Positions 1-12,865 of a stretch of 64,000 bases of DNA are shown here, in pieces (position 1 is the stretch's first letter; the number at the start of each line of letters is the position of its first letter). Below the pieces are notes generated by a model. That model worked only from the letters and a program-made list of their open reading frames with translations. It did not search any database and was not told the origin of the DNA. A program made the translations under genes and the position numbers. This DNA is from Amoebidium appalachense (Eukaryota > Protista > Ichthyosporea): contig CAVNZM010000015.1 in the NCBI GenBank assembly GCA_963693365.1, positions 5,836,624-5,900,623 on the forward strand, given 5' to 3'.

Positions 1-405
1 CCCTGGTCCCCCTCCACCCAAGCCCTCTATGCTCATGAGGGTAAACTCGGTTCTTCCGTCATCGAACTCATGGCCATCGCAGCCGCCGTGGCCCTCTGGG
101 CCCCCTCCTGGTCCACCCACCATGTCTGTATTTTATGCGACAACACGGGTGCTGTGTCTGACCTGCACTCCCGGTCTTCCCCCCACCCCGTGATGGCCAA
201 ACTTATTCGGTTCATCACCCGCATGGAAATGCAATACCAATTTACGTTACAGGCATCCTACCTACCAGGACCCCTCAACCATCTGGCCGATGCCATTTCT
301 CGTAACCAACTTCCCCGGGCCCGACGACTCCGACCTTCCCTGCAACCGGAGCCCTGCCCCTTCCCCTCCTGGGTCCACGAGTTCCTATCCCTTCCCTTGG
401 GCTAA
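1..405 (+). CDS. RT/RNase H C-terminus of copy 1 (partial)
   Basis: RNase H motifs ELMAI, CDN, ADAIS; same sequence as end of ORF 13021-14487. Confidence 0.92.
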   Translation, partial: PWSPSTQALYAHEGKLGSSVIELMAIAAAVALWAPSWSTHHVCILCDNTGAVSDLHSRSSPHPVMAKLIRFITRMEMQYQFTLQASYLPGPLNHLADAISRNQLPRARRLRPSLQPEPCPFPSWVHEFLSLPLG

Positions 406-453
406 CCCCCCCCCCCCCCCCCCCCCCCAGATCTCCCGTTCCGGAGCAACAGA

Positions 454-1485
454 TTGGCCCCCCACTTTGCTCCGGCCGAGCTGCTTCGAGCCACCACTAC
501 CCTGCAGGAATGCCAGGCCCTGAGTCTCAACCTCGACTCTCGGGCCTTTTACTCCCGGGTGCAAAAAGTGTTCATCGATTTCTGTGTGGCATCTCGGCTG
601 CAATCCTCCTCCGGGTCCTCCCTCCCGGCCTCCCCACACACCGTGCAACTTTTTCTCGCCTGGTGTGCCCAACGAGGGGTACAGGCCTCTTCCTTAACCG
701 GCTACAATTCGGCCATCACCAGGCTCCACCTCGACATGGGCCTCCCTGCTCCCTACCCCCACGACAAGTCTCTGGCCTGGTTCCTACGGGGGGTAGGCCG
801 ATGGCAGCTTTCTCACAACATCCGACCCCGCTCATCCACCAGGGAACCCCTCCTCCCCTCCCACCTCCACCTACTCCACGGCCAGTGCCCCACCAAAGCC
901 TCCTCGGCCAATCTCCGGCTATGGACGGCCCTCATCGTCGGTTTCTGTGGTCTCCTCCGTTCAGGGGAATTTACCTCCAAGACCCTGACTTCTTTCGACC
1001 CGTCCCGTCACGTTAAACGGAAGGACGTGACCTTCAGCTACACCCCCACCGGTACTTTGTCCCATGCCACCCTCCACCTGCCAACCTCTAAGACGGATGT
1101 ACAGGCCCGAGGTGTCAACGTCACCCTAGCTGCCCTGCCCCTCACCCACTTCTCCCCAGCCCATCTCCTCCGGCAGTTCCTGGATACAACGTCCGGTCAA
1201 CCCGACGACCCCCTCTTCAGTCTCGGTGGCATCCCCTACACCAAGAGTGCTTTCTCTGCCGATTTCCGTGCCCTCCTCTCCCGGGCAGGCCTCTCACCCT
1301 CCCGGTTTGCCGGACACAGCCTCCGCATCGGGGGGGCCACAGCACTGGCTGAGGCCGGGGTCGACGACTCCCGGATCAAACAACTCGGCCGGTGGTCCTC
1401 CGACTGCTTCCTGATCTATACCCGACTTCGTCCGGCCTCCATTGCTGCCACCACCACACGTGTATTCGCCTCTATTCTTAAGTGA
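454..1485 (+). CDS. Tyrosine recombinase of copy 1 (no ATG; probable splice acceptor at 430)
   Basis: LRSGE, SKTD, HSLRIGGAT, GRWSS..Y = R-K-HxxR-W-Y catalytic set; open frame. Confidence 0.95.
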   Translation: MAPHFAPAELLRATTTLQECQALSLNLDSRAFYSRVQKVFIDFCVASRLQSSSGSSLPASPHTVQLFLAWCAQRGVQASSLTGYNSAITRLHLDMGLPAPYPHDKSLAWFLRGVGRWQLSHNIRPRSSTREPLLPSHLHLLHGQCPTKASSANLRLWTALIVGFCGLLRSGEFTSKTLTSFDPSRHVKRKDVTFSYTPTGTLSHATLHLPTSKTDVQARGVNVTLAALPLTHFSPAHLLRQFLDTTSGQPDDPLFSLGGIPYTKSAFSADFRALLSRAGLSPSRFAGHSLRIGGATALAEAGVDDSRIKQLGRWSSDCFLIYTRLRPASIAATTTRVFASILK

Positions 1486-1603
1486 AACCTTTGGAGCAAG
1501 CATACTGCTCTCGTGCCGTGGTTTACAACCATTGCAGGTTCACTGTCGTCCAAGGGGATGTCCCCCTAGAGGCAACACACGTCCCGGAGTAGTTTTTCAT
1601 AGA

Positions 1604-1953
1604 GGTTTTATTTGTGGAAATTATTGACATAAATATTTTTCTGGGTAAACACGTAGGATGGGTGTTCGATACCAACATAACCATGTAGGCTTCATTTCGT
1701 GTTTTAGCAGTTAGCGGTTGGCTGCCCGCACACGGGCACCTATTAGCCAGTCAAAACATCAGATACCACAGATCACTAGACCGAGTTATGATTGGCTCGG
1801 ATCAGATTTCACATATCACTAGATCGATTTTTGATTGGTTCAGATCGGTAGGCTTAGGTATATAAGCACGACAGTTTTTAGCAGATCAGCAAGCTACAAA
1901 CACATCTTCTGTGTTTAGCATCCACAGCCTTACAGCTATATATTCCTTTTCAC
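1604..1953 (+). repeat. Split direct repeat A (alpha), A2 of copy 1; contains ATTGG (inverted CCAAT) boxes and TATATAA
   Basis: Recurs at 37622, 50481, 58795 (alpha) and 11749, 15700, 55276, 58161 (beta). Confidence 0.92.
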
Positions 1954-2083
1954 CCACCCACCTACACCCACACACAACCCCCATTGATCCACACATACGT
2001 GCTGTTTTTTCACGGGGCGAAGCCTTCCCCCGTTTTTTTGGGCACATGGACCTCACGGATCAATAAATTGATGACTGGGGGCT

Positions 2084-2172
2084 TGCCGTGGTTTACAACC
2101 ATTGCAGGTTCACTTTCGTCCAAGGGGATGTCCCCCTAGAGGCAACACACGTCCCGGAGTAGTTTTTCATAG
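2084..2172 (+). repeat. Split direct repeat B2 of copy 1
   Basis: TGCCGTGGTTTACAACC...GTAGTTTTTCATAG, direct repeat of 1514-1602. Confidence 0.93.
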
Positions 2173-2241
2173 ACACGGAACTTTCTGCTCGAGTCCGTTT
2201 TCTACGTTTACCTAGAAAAGAAGTCTTTATATTCACCAAGC

Positions 2242-3746
2242 ATGCCGCGTTATTCCCCCCTTCCTGTAGCAGAGAATGCAATCAGTGATCCTGTAGTGTT
2301 ATTTTACTCCCAGGACATAGCGCCCGAAAGCGATGTAGGATTTCCAAAGAACCGTGTCATCAGGGGAGATGAGGCCTTCACGCAGTTTGATTTGGTCGAA
2401 GTAAGGGTTATGGGGGAAGCAGGGCCACACTATGCCATCATTTGTAAGTTCGTGCAAGCAGAAAATGGCGAGGTCAAAGCAGAAGTCTCATGGGTTCTTA
2501 CGAAAAGCCAGGTTCAGAGATATTTTTTTGTCTTTGCAACCACCAATTCTAATGCAGGTGCACACGACCGCACAGTGCACCTGCCCAACAAGCTTTATCT
2601 TAGTGATTTAAAAGACGTCATAGACGTTAACGCAATAGAGAAACGGGCATACAGCGGCCAGCTGGTTCATCACGATTACCGCACAGGTGATGGACAGCCC
2701 TTTTATCGGTCGTTAGCGCGCGTGCACAGCGCGCCCAAGGACCGGCTGCTTGTGCCGGTCAGGAAGGCCCCTCCCTTGAATTTGTAAGTGATGCTTGTCG
2801 GGATGCTTTTGTTTGTTGGTGGCTTATCAGCTGAAATCCCCTTGTTGTGCACAGTTTCCGTTTTCTGGGACTGTCAGCAGCAGCTGGGGACGTATGGCTG
2901 CATCTTTGGCCGGTGCTGCAGCTGTACCTCTTGCAGATGTAGGTTACACAAGCATCTGCTTTGTTTTCACAACTGCATTTTTGTTGCATTGAGCATGCCG
3001 TCCTTTTTCCTCAATCTAACTTTTTGTTCTTACAAAGATGGTGTAAAGATGTGGCTTCCTCTCCCACATAGATGAACGTTACATAAGGCACGTAATTGAA
3101 GGTATTTTTCAAGTGTGCTTAATAGGTTTGATAAGAAAGCCTCGTTGTCAATGATACTACAACAGTAAGTAGTATAGAGATAATGATGGTGATACGTTTT
3201 TCCAGCTTCCACAGTGCGGTGCAGACCTACCGTCTAAACCTCAACAGGGCCTGGATCAGCAGCACCTACATCATTCCGCTGCGCCAGTTTGCAGCCATGG
3301 TTGTTCGACAACTCCCTGGGGCTGTCACAACGCTCGCGCCGGTTAAGCGCCGGCTCAAGGTATCACCCTTCCCCCCTCCCCCTTTCCCCCAAACCTTCTC
3401 CTCATCCACCACAGATCCTCTTCCATCCCTTCCACCTTCCTGTCTCCCTCTCCCCTTCTCTCTAACTTGAAGCTGCTGTGGCGTAGAAAATCTTGTTTAC
3501 TTTGACACGTGTATACACAGTTATTGCCGGGCTGATGCTGTGGTGCAAGTAACAGGCGATTTACCACAGGGAAACTCTCTCTCCCCCCCTACCCCCCCCC
3601 CCCCCCCCCCCCCCCACCACACACGCACCCCCCCCCCCCCCCTGGCTCCTCGCTCTTTCCTCTGCAGGTGCGCATCACATCTGTGAAGCAGATGACTGCA
3701 CTGCTGGGGGAGGACTGGGAGAAGCACCGGGGGCGGTATGGCGGTG
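2242..3746 (+). CDS. BAH-domain protein, multi-exon (main exon 2242-2783; probable exons ~3225-3359 and 3668-3746; 3' end unresolved)
   Basis: RGDEAFTQFDLVEV..PHYAIICKF..VKAEVSW..LYLSDLKDVIDVNAI fits the BAH pattern; GT/AG-bounded downstream exons. Confidence 0.65.
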
Positions 3747-4057
3747 GTAGGACTGTAGGGTTGCGCGCAAATGCTTTTCTGATTTATTGCCTTGATTCTC
3801 AAAAAATGACTTTAAGATTCAATCATTGGGTAGTTTATAACAACAATGATGTAGCTCTTTACGAAATCCTCTTTAAAAAAGAGATAAACCCAGGAGCAGG
3901 CCCGGTGCCTTTGACTCCTTAGAGTTGGGGGTGTGCAATAAAAAAAAACAGTGTTACCAGTCCAAATCTTTCGAAGACCCCCCCCCCCCCTCCCCCCCCC
4001 CTCCCCCCCCCCCCCTCCCCCCCCCTCCCCCCCCCCCCCCCCCCCCCCCCCCGCTGC

Positions 4058-4217
<160 letters not shown>

Positions 4218-4394
4218 CCCCCCGGCCTCCAAGAGCCCGATCAGGAAAGGAAAAAAAAAAAAGGCTTGAATTGTGCACCACCAGGTCATCAGTGCCATTT
4301 TTTTCTTCCTCTTTCCCTTTCTTTCCTGCATTCGGACACACACAAAGGGGTTGAGCCTTGGAGAAAAGGGAAGAAGGTGACTAGGTGGTGGTGT

Positions 4395-4438
<44 letters not shown>

Positions 4439-5015
4439 GATGCAACCATGTTTGCCTGGCTGTGTATGCTCCGCTCAGTTCAAGTTACTTCACGAGTCCC
4501 ACCTCCCCCCCCCTCCCCCCCCCCCCCTCCCCCCTCCCCCTTCCTTTTCTGAACTCCATCAGTGCTGTATCCCTTCATGTGTGTGAGTTTCAAAAACCAT
4601 GTCTATTTTAGCACGTTCAAACACTCCTCCCCTCTCCCCTTCAGATCTGCTCAGCCAACCAGTCCCTCCCCTCCCCCCCCCCCCCCTGCTTCAATTCGAC
4701 TTGATGTCACCTCTACAGAACGGGGGAGGGGAGGGGGGGGGGGGGGGAGGGGGGGAGGGGCGGGATGCGCCGGCTATGCATGCCTTTTTTTCCCTTTCTA
4801 TCCCCCCCCCCCCCCTCCCCCTCCCCCCACCCCGGCTTCCCTTCCCCTCTTAGTAAGTCTTTGCTGTTCAACCTAGTCAACTTCCCTTCTTTCCCACCAG
4901 ACGCGCTGTCACCTCTATTCTTTTCGGTTTGAGCTCAGCATACAAATTTAGAGGCGCTTTGACTGCATGAGGTGGCGCCTTGGAACCTGAAGTGTGTGTG
5001 TGTGTGTGTGTGTCT

Positions 5016-5049
<34 letters not shown>

Positions 5050-8000
5050 CGACGGTGTGCGCCCATGCTTTGGCAAGGGATAGTGCCACATCATAATTAG
5101 TATACGCCTCCCCCATGTACACATGCATTGATAAATCGACTCAATTGTGCGCGCAGGGGTTGGGTCGAACCCGCTCAATAAAAAAAACTTACGTTTACAT
5201 CTTTATTTTTCTTAAAAAAAAAAAAAAAAGGAAAAAAAAAAGAGGAAAGCCGGCCAGCCAGTGGCCTCACTCTTCGAGCTCATCCCCCGAGTCGGAGGAC
5301 TCATCTCCCTGGCGCGGGTCGAGTTCCTCCTCCGGATCCGGGCCGGGCTGAAAAGCATCCTGCCCAAGATCCCGATCTGAGTGTGGTGCTGGGCGGGGCT
5401 GCCCGTTCCTTGCCAGCTCCGCCATTATTTCGTCGTAGCGCGTTCTGAAGTAGTCAACGTGCCTGAAAGCAAACGCCACAGACAACCGCCTCATCACCTG
5501 ACCAGCTTCGCTCGCCTGGACGCCAATCCTGCCACGCCCAGCTGCGCCGCTGAGTGTCGTATTTCCATGCAGCCTGTTGCAGTCACTGTTTGATGGGTCG
5601 GGTCAGTGGAATCGACCCGAATAAAAAGGAATCCAATGTTTGACCGCTGATCAGTCCGAACGTACGTCTCCGTGACAAACTTCACACACGAAAAAATTTG
5701 TCCAATTGTTTTTTGTCCTTTCAAACATAGGTACCCATTCACAAAGCTTTACGTTGGCAACACGGTCAGTACGTGTGAGAGTTAAGACATGAGTATGTGC
5801 GCACAGCAGTGCAGAATGAGAGGCACGCAAAGAAAAAAGTAACGGGTGTGTTTGCGTAATAAGTGGAGGGGGCTGTGGAATTGCTCGTCTCAAGTGTTTT
5901 TATGCTAAAGGATGATTTTACCTGTGTAGACCCTCGTGCGCCGTAGTAGAGAACGCAGCGAAGCCTGTGACTATACCGTGCGGATCTTTTCGGCAAATCA
6001 GGTAACCACCGTGGGCAGCCAGCAGATGTACGTAGTAGGGCAGGGTTGCATGCTTGGTTCCAAAGTCCAGGAGCAGGACGTAGTAAAGTTCCTGTTTTGG
6101 TTTAGCATGGTTACAAGCTTTTTTTACGGAAAGCATTAGCGTTTAAGGTACACGCTTTTCGTTGGCATAGAGTTAGGATAGAGGCCGAGGCATTTCTCAC
6201 GCAACAGTGGTCACGCCTGGCTTGCCTACACACAGAATATTTTCTCCCGAGGCTCTCTCCCTCCATCTTGCCCGCCCCCCCCCCCCCCCAAAAAAAAAAA
6301 AAAAAAAAAGAAAGAAAGGAAAAAAACCCGTCTTCCCCTGCTCCTTCCCTCCTCTTCTTTCCCTGCCCCCTCCTCCCTCTCGTGTGCCATGTTCATGTTG
6401 CAACCGTTGAGAAAAGGTCAATTCAACACTCTTGACACCACGCATTTCAGGTCCCACAGTTGTATCCCTTCTAATTCTAACAGATTCTTGCCTGTAAGCT
6501 TTGTTGAACTTCTAATACATAAGGACTTACGTGACATAGGCACTCACCAGCTTTTTGCACAGAAAGGGGAAACTCTGGACATCCTCGAGTGTCAAGCAGT
6601 TGGACCCCGGCTCGTTCTGTGCCGAAGGGACCGGCATGCCATCATCCGTCCACTGGTCCGGTTCGGTCTTCCTGAGGATGTCAAGCACCTGTAGGTACAC
6701 CTTTTTTTTTTTTTTTTTTTTTTTTTCCCCGTTCTGTGTGTTTTGTTTTGTTTTGTTTTTGGATGCAGAGCACTAACACTTCCCCGAGGCTTTGAAATGA
6801 ATCGTTGCCTTTTCCGCCCCCTTTTGTGTAGGGAGGCTGGTAGGAAGAATAGCGATCTAGTCATGGGGAATGAGGGCTCAGTGTATGCTGTTGTATGAGT
6901 GTGCGGGTGGTGGTGATGGTGGTGGTGATTTGTGGATATGTGTGTGGGTGGGTGGGGGGGGGAGGGGGGGGGGGGGGGGGGGGGGGGGGGATAAAGGTGT
7001 GTTCGGGGCCTGAACATGTAAGCACGTTTGCCATCTCTTTAAAATTTTATATATCACTAAGAAAAGTGACGGAGGCAGGGGAAAAAAAAAGAGATCAGAA
7101 AACTTACATTCCAAACATCAGGCACAGATATGTTCAGCTCGGGGTGGATCTCGTCATCTATCCCCTGGAGCAGCACAGCGACGCCGTTGTCTCGCAGGGC
7201 GTTGATGAGCTTGTGCGACTTGTCGCTGCCCAGTTTCAGCTTGTAGTGTGTCCCGCTGGTGTCGGGGTTTTCCTCAATCTGCACACAGGTGAGTCCCCCC
7301 CCCCCCCCCCTCCCCCCCAAACACACACACACAAAAAAAAGAAGAAAGAAAGAAAGAAAAGAGAAGATGAAAAACATCAACACGAACACACACACACACA
7401 CAGACACACACAGACACACACACACACACCACCCTGCGCCGTAAACTCTGATGCATGGGTAAACTCACCCGAATGGGGACTTTGGCGTCGGCCATGTTTT
7501 TGTTGAACGCGTTGATCTTGGCTCTGCCGCCTGCAATGCATTTGGATTGCGTGCTACCCAGCAGTCCCTCACCCAGCCTGTCGCGCCAGTGTACCTCCCC
7601 ACAGATGTTCTTTCTCTAGGGCAGTAGCTGGATGAGCGAGTGCTCTCCAGGTGGCCTGCAGTGAAGTTTTGGTTAGCTGGTGGGCATGTATGCCTAGATT
7701 TAGGCAATGCTATCTCACCTGTCATGGGTGAACTCTTGGTGCAGTCGTATCTTGGTGTGTAGCAGAAGGGTTTTTTTTCTGCCGTCCTTCCCACCAGTCT
7801 TGTAGGCAGTGTAGAGGTCCATGAGGTTTTTGGCATGGGGTTTGCTGACAACGAAATTAGGGGGAGTGCCCTTGCTTTTGCCGTGCTGCTGAGGCATCGT
7901 CACCTTGCCGAGCTCCTTGTTCTGGAACACCAACTCTTCGGTGAGAAACTTCCCCCCCCCCCCCCCCCCCATCCGCCTTTCACCCCACAAATGCATGCTC

Positions 8001-8661
8001 GTGTTCTATGGAGTTCTTAGTCCGTGTTGGATTTCATGTTTTTATTATCGCATTCTGACCCCCTCTCCCCCAGGTCCTTTGTGTTGGCGCGTGATTCCAC
8101 CCCCACCTGCTCTCTTCGTTTGTTTGTGCACTGGGTCAGGGGCGTCTCTGTTCCACTTTTTGCTTTGATTAAACCACAATATTCCAGTAATTTCTACAAG
8201 CATCTACCTACCAATTTATCGTCGAGGACCATGCTTCCGTCACTTGTGCGTGTTCCGTTAATCCATAGCAGATGCTCGGGTGGGCAATCAGGTGATATTG
8301 TGTCCAGGAGACTTTGCATTGTGACGGGCTTGTCCGAGACAAACACACGTAGAGGCTTCTTTCTGCGAGCATCTTCTTTGGTAATTCCGCAACAGGGGCA
8401 GAACTTGCTGTAGGAAAGCACGTTATATCATTGTGTGAAGTGGTGAACGACACAGACAAAAAATAGGAGTACGTACCTGGTATTCACACCCAAATCTTTG
8501 CACCTGCAGATGCCCAAGAAGTTCCACTGACTAAGCAGGTCCCCCCCCAACACAGTGACGACCTTGATGACTGCTTTGCCTGGCACCACAATGGGCTTGT
8601 CGTTCTCGACGTCCAACAGCTCCTTGAGCAGCCCGGTGTCAAGCAGCCCCCTCTTCATGTT

Positions 8662-8692
8662 CTGATGACGTTGAGGTCAGTTTTGTATCCCC

Positions 8693-8723
<31 letters not shown>

Positions 8724-8794
8724 ACAATCTCTCTCTCCCCGTGTCACCATTTATACTCATGCACACGTGTTCACTCACCCACTCAATCACCTAC

Positions 8795-8863
<69 letters not shown>

Positions 8864-9032
8864 ACACACCTGATGACGTTGAGGTCAGTTTTGTATTCTT
8901 CCCCCCCCCCCCCCCCCCCCCCCCTCTCCCCCCCCCCCCCCCCCCCCCCCCCCACACACACAATGTCTCTCTCCCGGTGTCACCATTTATACTCATGCAA
9001 ACGCATTCATTCACCCACTCAATCACCTACGA

Positions 9033-9110
<78 letters not shown>
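8662..9110. repeat. Intronic tandem duplication (~210-240 bp) including the splice acceptor region and (CA)n
   Basis: CTGATGACGTTGAGGTCAGTTTTGTAT at 8662 and 8870, each followed by poly-C, GTGTCACCATTTATACTCATGCA and (CA)n. Confidence 0.85.
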
Positions 9111-9116
<6 letters not shown>

Positions 9117-9126
9117 ATACACACAG

Positions 9127-9158
<32 letters not shown>

Positions 9159-9939
9159 GCATACACACACAAATAGGCATTACGTACTGTATGATCGTCG
9201 TCACCTTTCCAATAAGCAAAGGGGTAGCAGTCCCTTGAACTCTTGGTGTTGTACAGGCCCTTGATAATAAATCTGTGTGGTTACAAGAGCTGTTAGCTGA
9301 GTATGACACTTATAAAATTTATATCAATCCTGGAGTAGCATTATACACACCTGAGAATGGCTGAGGCGTACTTGCGTTTTGCATCTTTGTTGACTCGATG
9401 CCCGTCAATGCTGAGCACAGCCTCGATGATGTATACCGGTAGACCATCAATGAGTTGGTCGATCTGCATGTGAAGGATGGCGCAAATGAGTAGATTGTTG
9501 GTGTGCAAGTATATCATAGTTTGTTTTACAGAACTGACCTTGTATGGGGCAAACACCTTCTCGTCAAAGTAGCTGTTCAGCGCCGCATTGGCAATGCCAT
9601 CTGCCGAGATGTAGCCCCCGATGGCCGTGTCATTGTCGTCCTTGATTTCCCCGAGCCCAGAGGACATCACCACCGTCATCATGTTCAGGAGATTCTGGTA
9701 TGCCTCACCTGTTTTGCATTGCGTTAGCCTCTTGTCCCTCTCCCCTCTCCCCTCTCCCCCCCTTCCCCCCCCCCCCCCCCTCCTCCTCCCCCCTCCCCCT
9801 CCCCGTGGTGCCCGCCTGCCTGCCCGACCGCCCCGCACACACACACAAACACCACCGCCCCGCACACACACACACACACCACACCGCCACTGCCACTGCC
9901 ACCGTTCCCTTGAGCCCCCCTTCTCCTGTACGTTTACCC

Positions 9940-10048
<109 letters not shown>

Positions 10049-10216
10049 ACCACTGCATAATCCACTTGAGTGCCCCTTTTCCTATACGTTTACCCTACAC
10101 ACACTCACACAGACACACACAGCCCACACACACACACACGCACACACATGCACATGCACATGCACACACATGCACATGCACATGCACACAGACACACATA
10201 CAAACACACACATACA

Positions 10217-10295
<79 letters not shown>

Positions 10296-11060
10296 TAAAT
10301 CACACACACCACCACCGCGACAATCCCCTTGCGTACCCCTTCTCCTGTACGTTCGTTCTAACCCCCCCCCACACACACACACCAACACCCACACCCACAC
10401 AACACTCACTAGCACTCTTGCCTGAAAACATTTTTATATGTTTCTATTTTACTGTGGCCGTCTGATATATAAATGCTTATGTGTTTTAGAATGCATGCAC
10501 ATGGGTTTGGTTAGAGTGTCTGAAGAAGCTGTGAATGGGTTGCTGTGGGCCTTACATATTCTCCATCTTAAGGGCACTGTTCCTTCGGGTAGTATCTCAC
10601 GGATGAAATCGGTCTGGCCATAAGTGATTGAACCAATTCGGCCCACTTGTAGGGATCACCGACTTCCTTCTTGATGTAGTCAAGATGGTCGGTGAACCAC
10701 GGTTGTATCACGACATTCCGGTCTTCCTCAGCCATCGATTTGAGCATGGCCGTCATAAGCCGGAGCATTCTGAGGTCCTTGTCGGTTTTCGTTCCTAACC
10801 AACTTAATCTCATCTTATCTATCTGTTCCTGCAGTTTTGCTAGATCTCTTCGTGTCTGTTTCTTGATCGATTCCGGCTTAGTTTTTTTTTTTTTCCCCCG
10901 TTGTTAGGAATAATGTCACCGTCTGGATTGTCCTCGTCTGGAAAAACAGTTTCATGCATTTAGAAATGACTCAACAGGGTGTAAATTGTTCATACACACA
11001 AAAATGACTCTCCCTCCCTCTCTCTCCCTCCCTCCCTTTCTCTCTCTCTCTCTCCCTCCC

Positions 11061-11096
<36 letters not shown>

Positions 11097-11254
11097 ACAA
11101 CAGGGTATTGGTGGTTGTTTTCTGCTATTTCTTTCTTTCTTTCTTTCTTTCTTTCTTTTTTTTTTTTTTTTTTTTTTTTTGTGGTTTGTTTGTTTGTTTT
11201 CTTTTTTTTTTTTTTTTGTTCGAAGGTGCCCGATGGTATTGGTGGTTGTTTTCT

Positions 11255-11291
<37 letters not shown>

Positions 11292-11335
11292 TGGTTTGTT
11301 TGTTTTCTTTTGTTTTTTTTTTTGTTCGAAGGTGC

Positions 11336-11374
<39 letters not shown>

Positions 11375-12081
11375 TCGTTCGTGCTTGGACACGTACCCGA
11401 GCTTGCATTTGCCGAGTACCTTTGCCCTGACCTTGTTTGGCCAGATCCCGGTGCACCTGTCACCAAGATATGTATTTCGTAAGTTCTTCTATATATGGAT
11501 TTAAAAGTTTGTGTTGCTTGCCAATGATTGGCAGGTCCAGCCCGGCACACTATTCACGCTGTAGAGGAATCAGTGTACAGAAAACTAAGATGGAACAAAA
11601 GAAGCGCCACCTTACATTCAAATCCGGAGGACTGATGTTTTTGGAAGACCAGTGCACTTGTATGTGTGCGTACTTTGTTGTGTATGTACTTGCATAGATC
11701 TGTTTATGACCATTCGGTAAGTAAGGATGCATGGCATGCGCATGTTTAGGTTTTATTTGTGGAAATTATTGACATAAATATTTTTCTGGGTACACATAGG
11801 ATGGGTGTCCGATATCAACAGGCTTTGTTTCATGTTTTAGCAGTTCGCGTTCGGCTGCCCGCATACGGGCACCTATTAGCCGATCAAAACATCAGATTCC
11901 ACAGATCACTAGACCGAGTCTGATTGGCTCAGGATAAGATTTCACATAACACTAGATCGGTTTTGATTGGCTCAGTTCGGTAGCCGTAGGTATATAAGCA
12001 CGACAGTTTTTAGCAGATCAGCAGGCAACAACACATCTTCTGTGTTTAGCACCTACAGCTTTACAGCTATATTTTCTTTTT

Positions 12082-12372
12082 TGTGGCTTCCCTGACCACC
12101 CCAGCGCGGCCTGCCCCATGTACCCCAAGCCCGGCTGTGGTCTTGACGGCTTTAAGCCGCCCCACAAGCCCGGTGGGGGTCAAACCCCTAACCGCCCTGG
12201 CCCGCAACCCGGCCCGGCAAAACCGGCCCGACCCGTGGATCTACCCGCGACGCACTGCAGGAATTTCCACATTAACGGTCGGTCCTGCGCTAAGCAGCCC
12301 TGCCCCTTCTCCCACGTGTGCCCGCTCTGCTCTGGCACACACCCCCGCAAAGACTGCAAACACAATGCCTAG
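12082..12372 (+). pseudogene. gag C-terminal remnant with Cys/His finger
   Basis: CRNFHINGRSCAKQPCPFSHVCPLCSGTHPRKDC identical to end of gag 50860-52029. Confidence 0.9.
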
Positions 12373-12766
12373 TCTACGCGCACACCCACACACACAGCTA
12401 GAACATAGGGGTTAGGAGCTAGGACACACGAGTACAGGGAAACGGAGCTCGGGAGAACGGGCCCATAGGGCTGAGTACAAAATTTCGCAGGCCAAACTAC
12501 GGCGCCCGCGCGCGTCAAGAATAAATGTCCCTACACAAAGACGTTTATTCTGGCCACTGCACATAATTTTACTCCCCCCCCCCCATCCCACGAGCCTCCC
12601 CCCCCCCTTACACTCACCTAGCACTCCCTCCCCCCCCTTCTTCTACCTCTGTGTCCGCCCACACCCCCGCGTGCTCGGGCACATTCCCCTGCACAGGGCC
12701 CCGCTGCCCTCCCTGCCAACCTTCACTCGGGCCCAGCTGCCCTACCCTAACCCCCCCGGGGCCCTG

Positions 12767-12804
<38 letters not shown>

Positions 12805-12865
12805 CTGCCGGGATCTCCCCGAGGGTGCCCCACCCTTGCTAACCACCCCTTCCCCCGAGGCTCAG

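Larger units (their letters stand above)
1..2172 (+). mobile_element. Ngaro-type YR retrotransposon copy 1 (5' part outside window), A-subtype alpha
   Basis: RNase H end, YR ORF, then B1 (1514-1602), A2 (1604-1953), spacer, B2 (2084-2172); near-identical to copies 3 and 4. Confidence 0.93.

Noticed and set aside
454-1485. Phage integrase / prophage
   Set aside because: YR is linked to gag, RT-RNase H and split direct repeats; no phage genes
2012-2039. Bacterial intrinsic terminator
   Set aside because: Lies within a eukaryotic retroelement; reported only as a structured spacer
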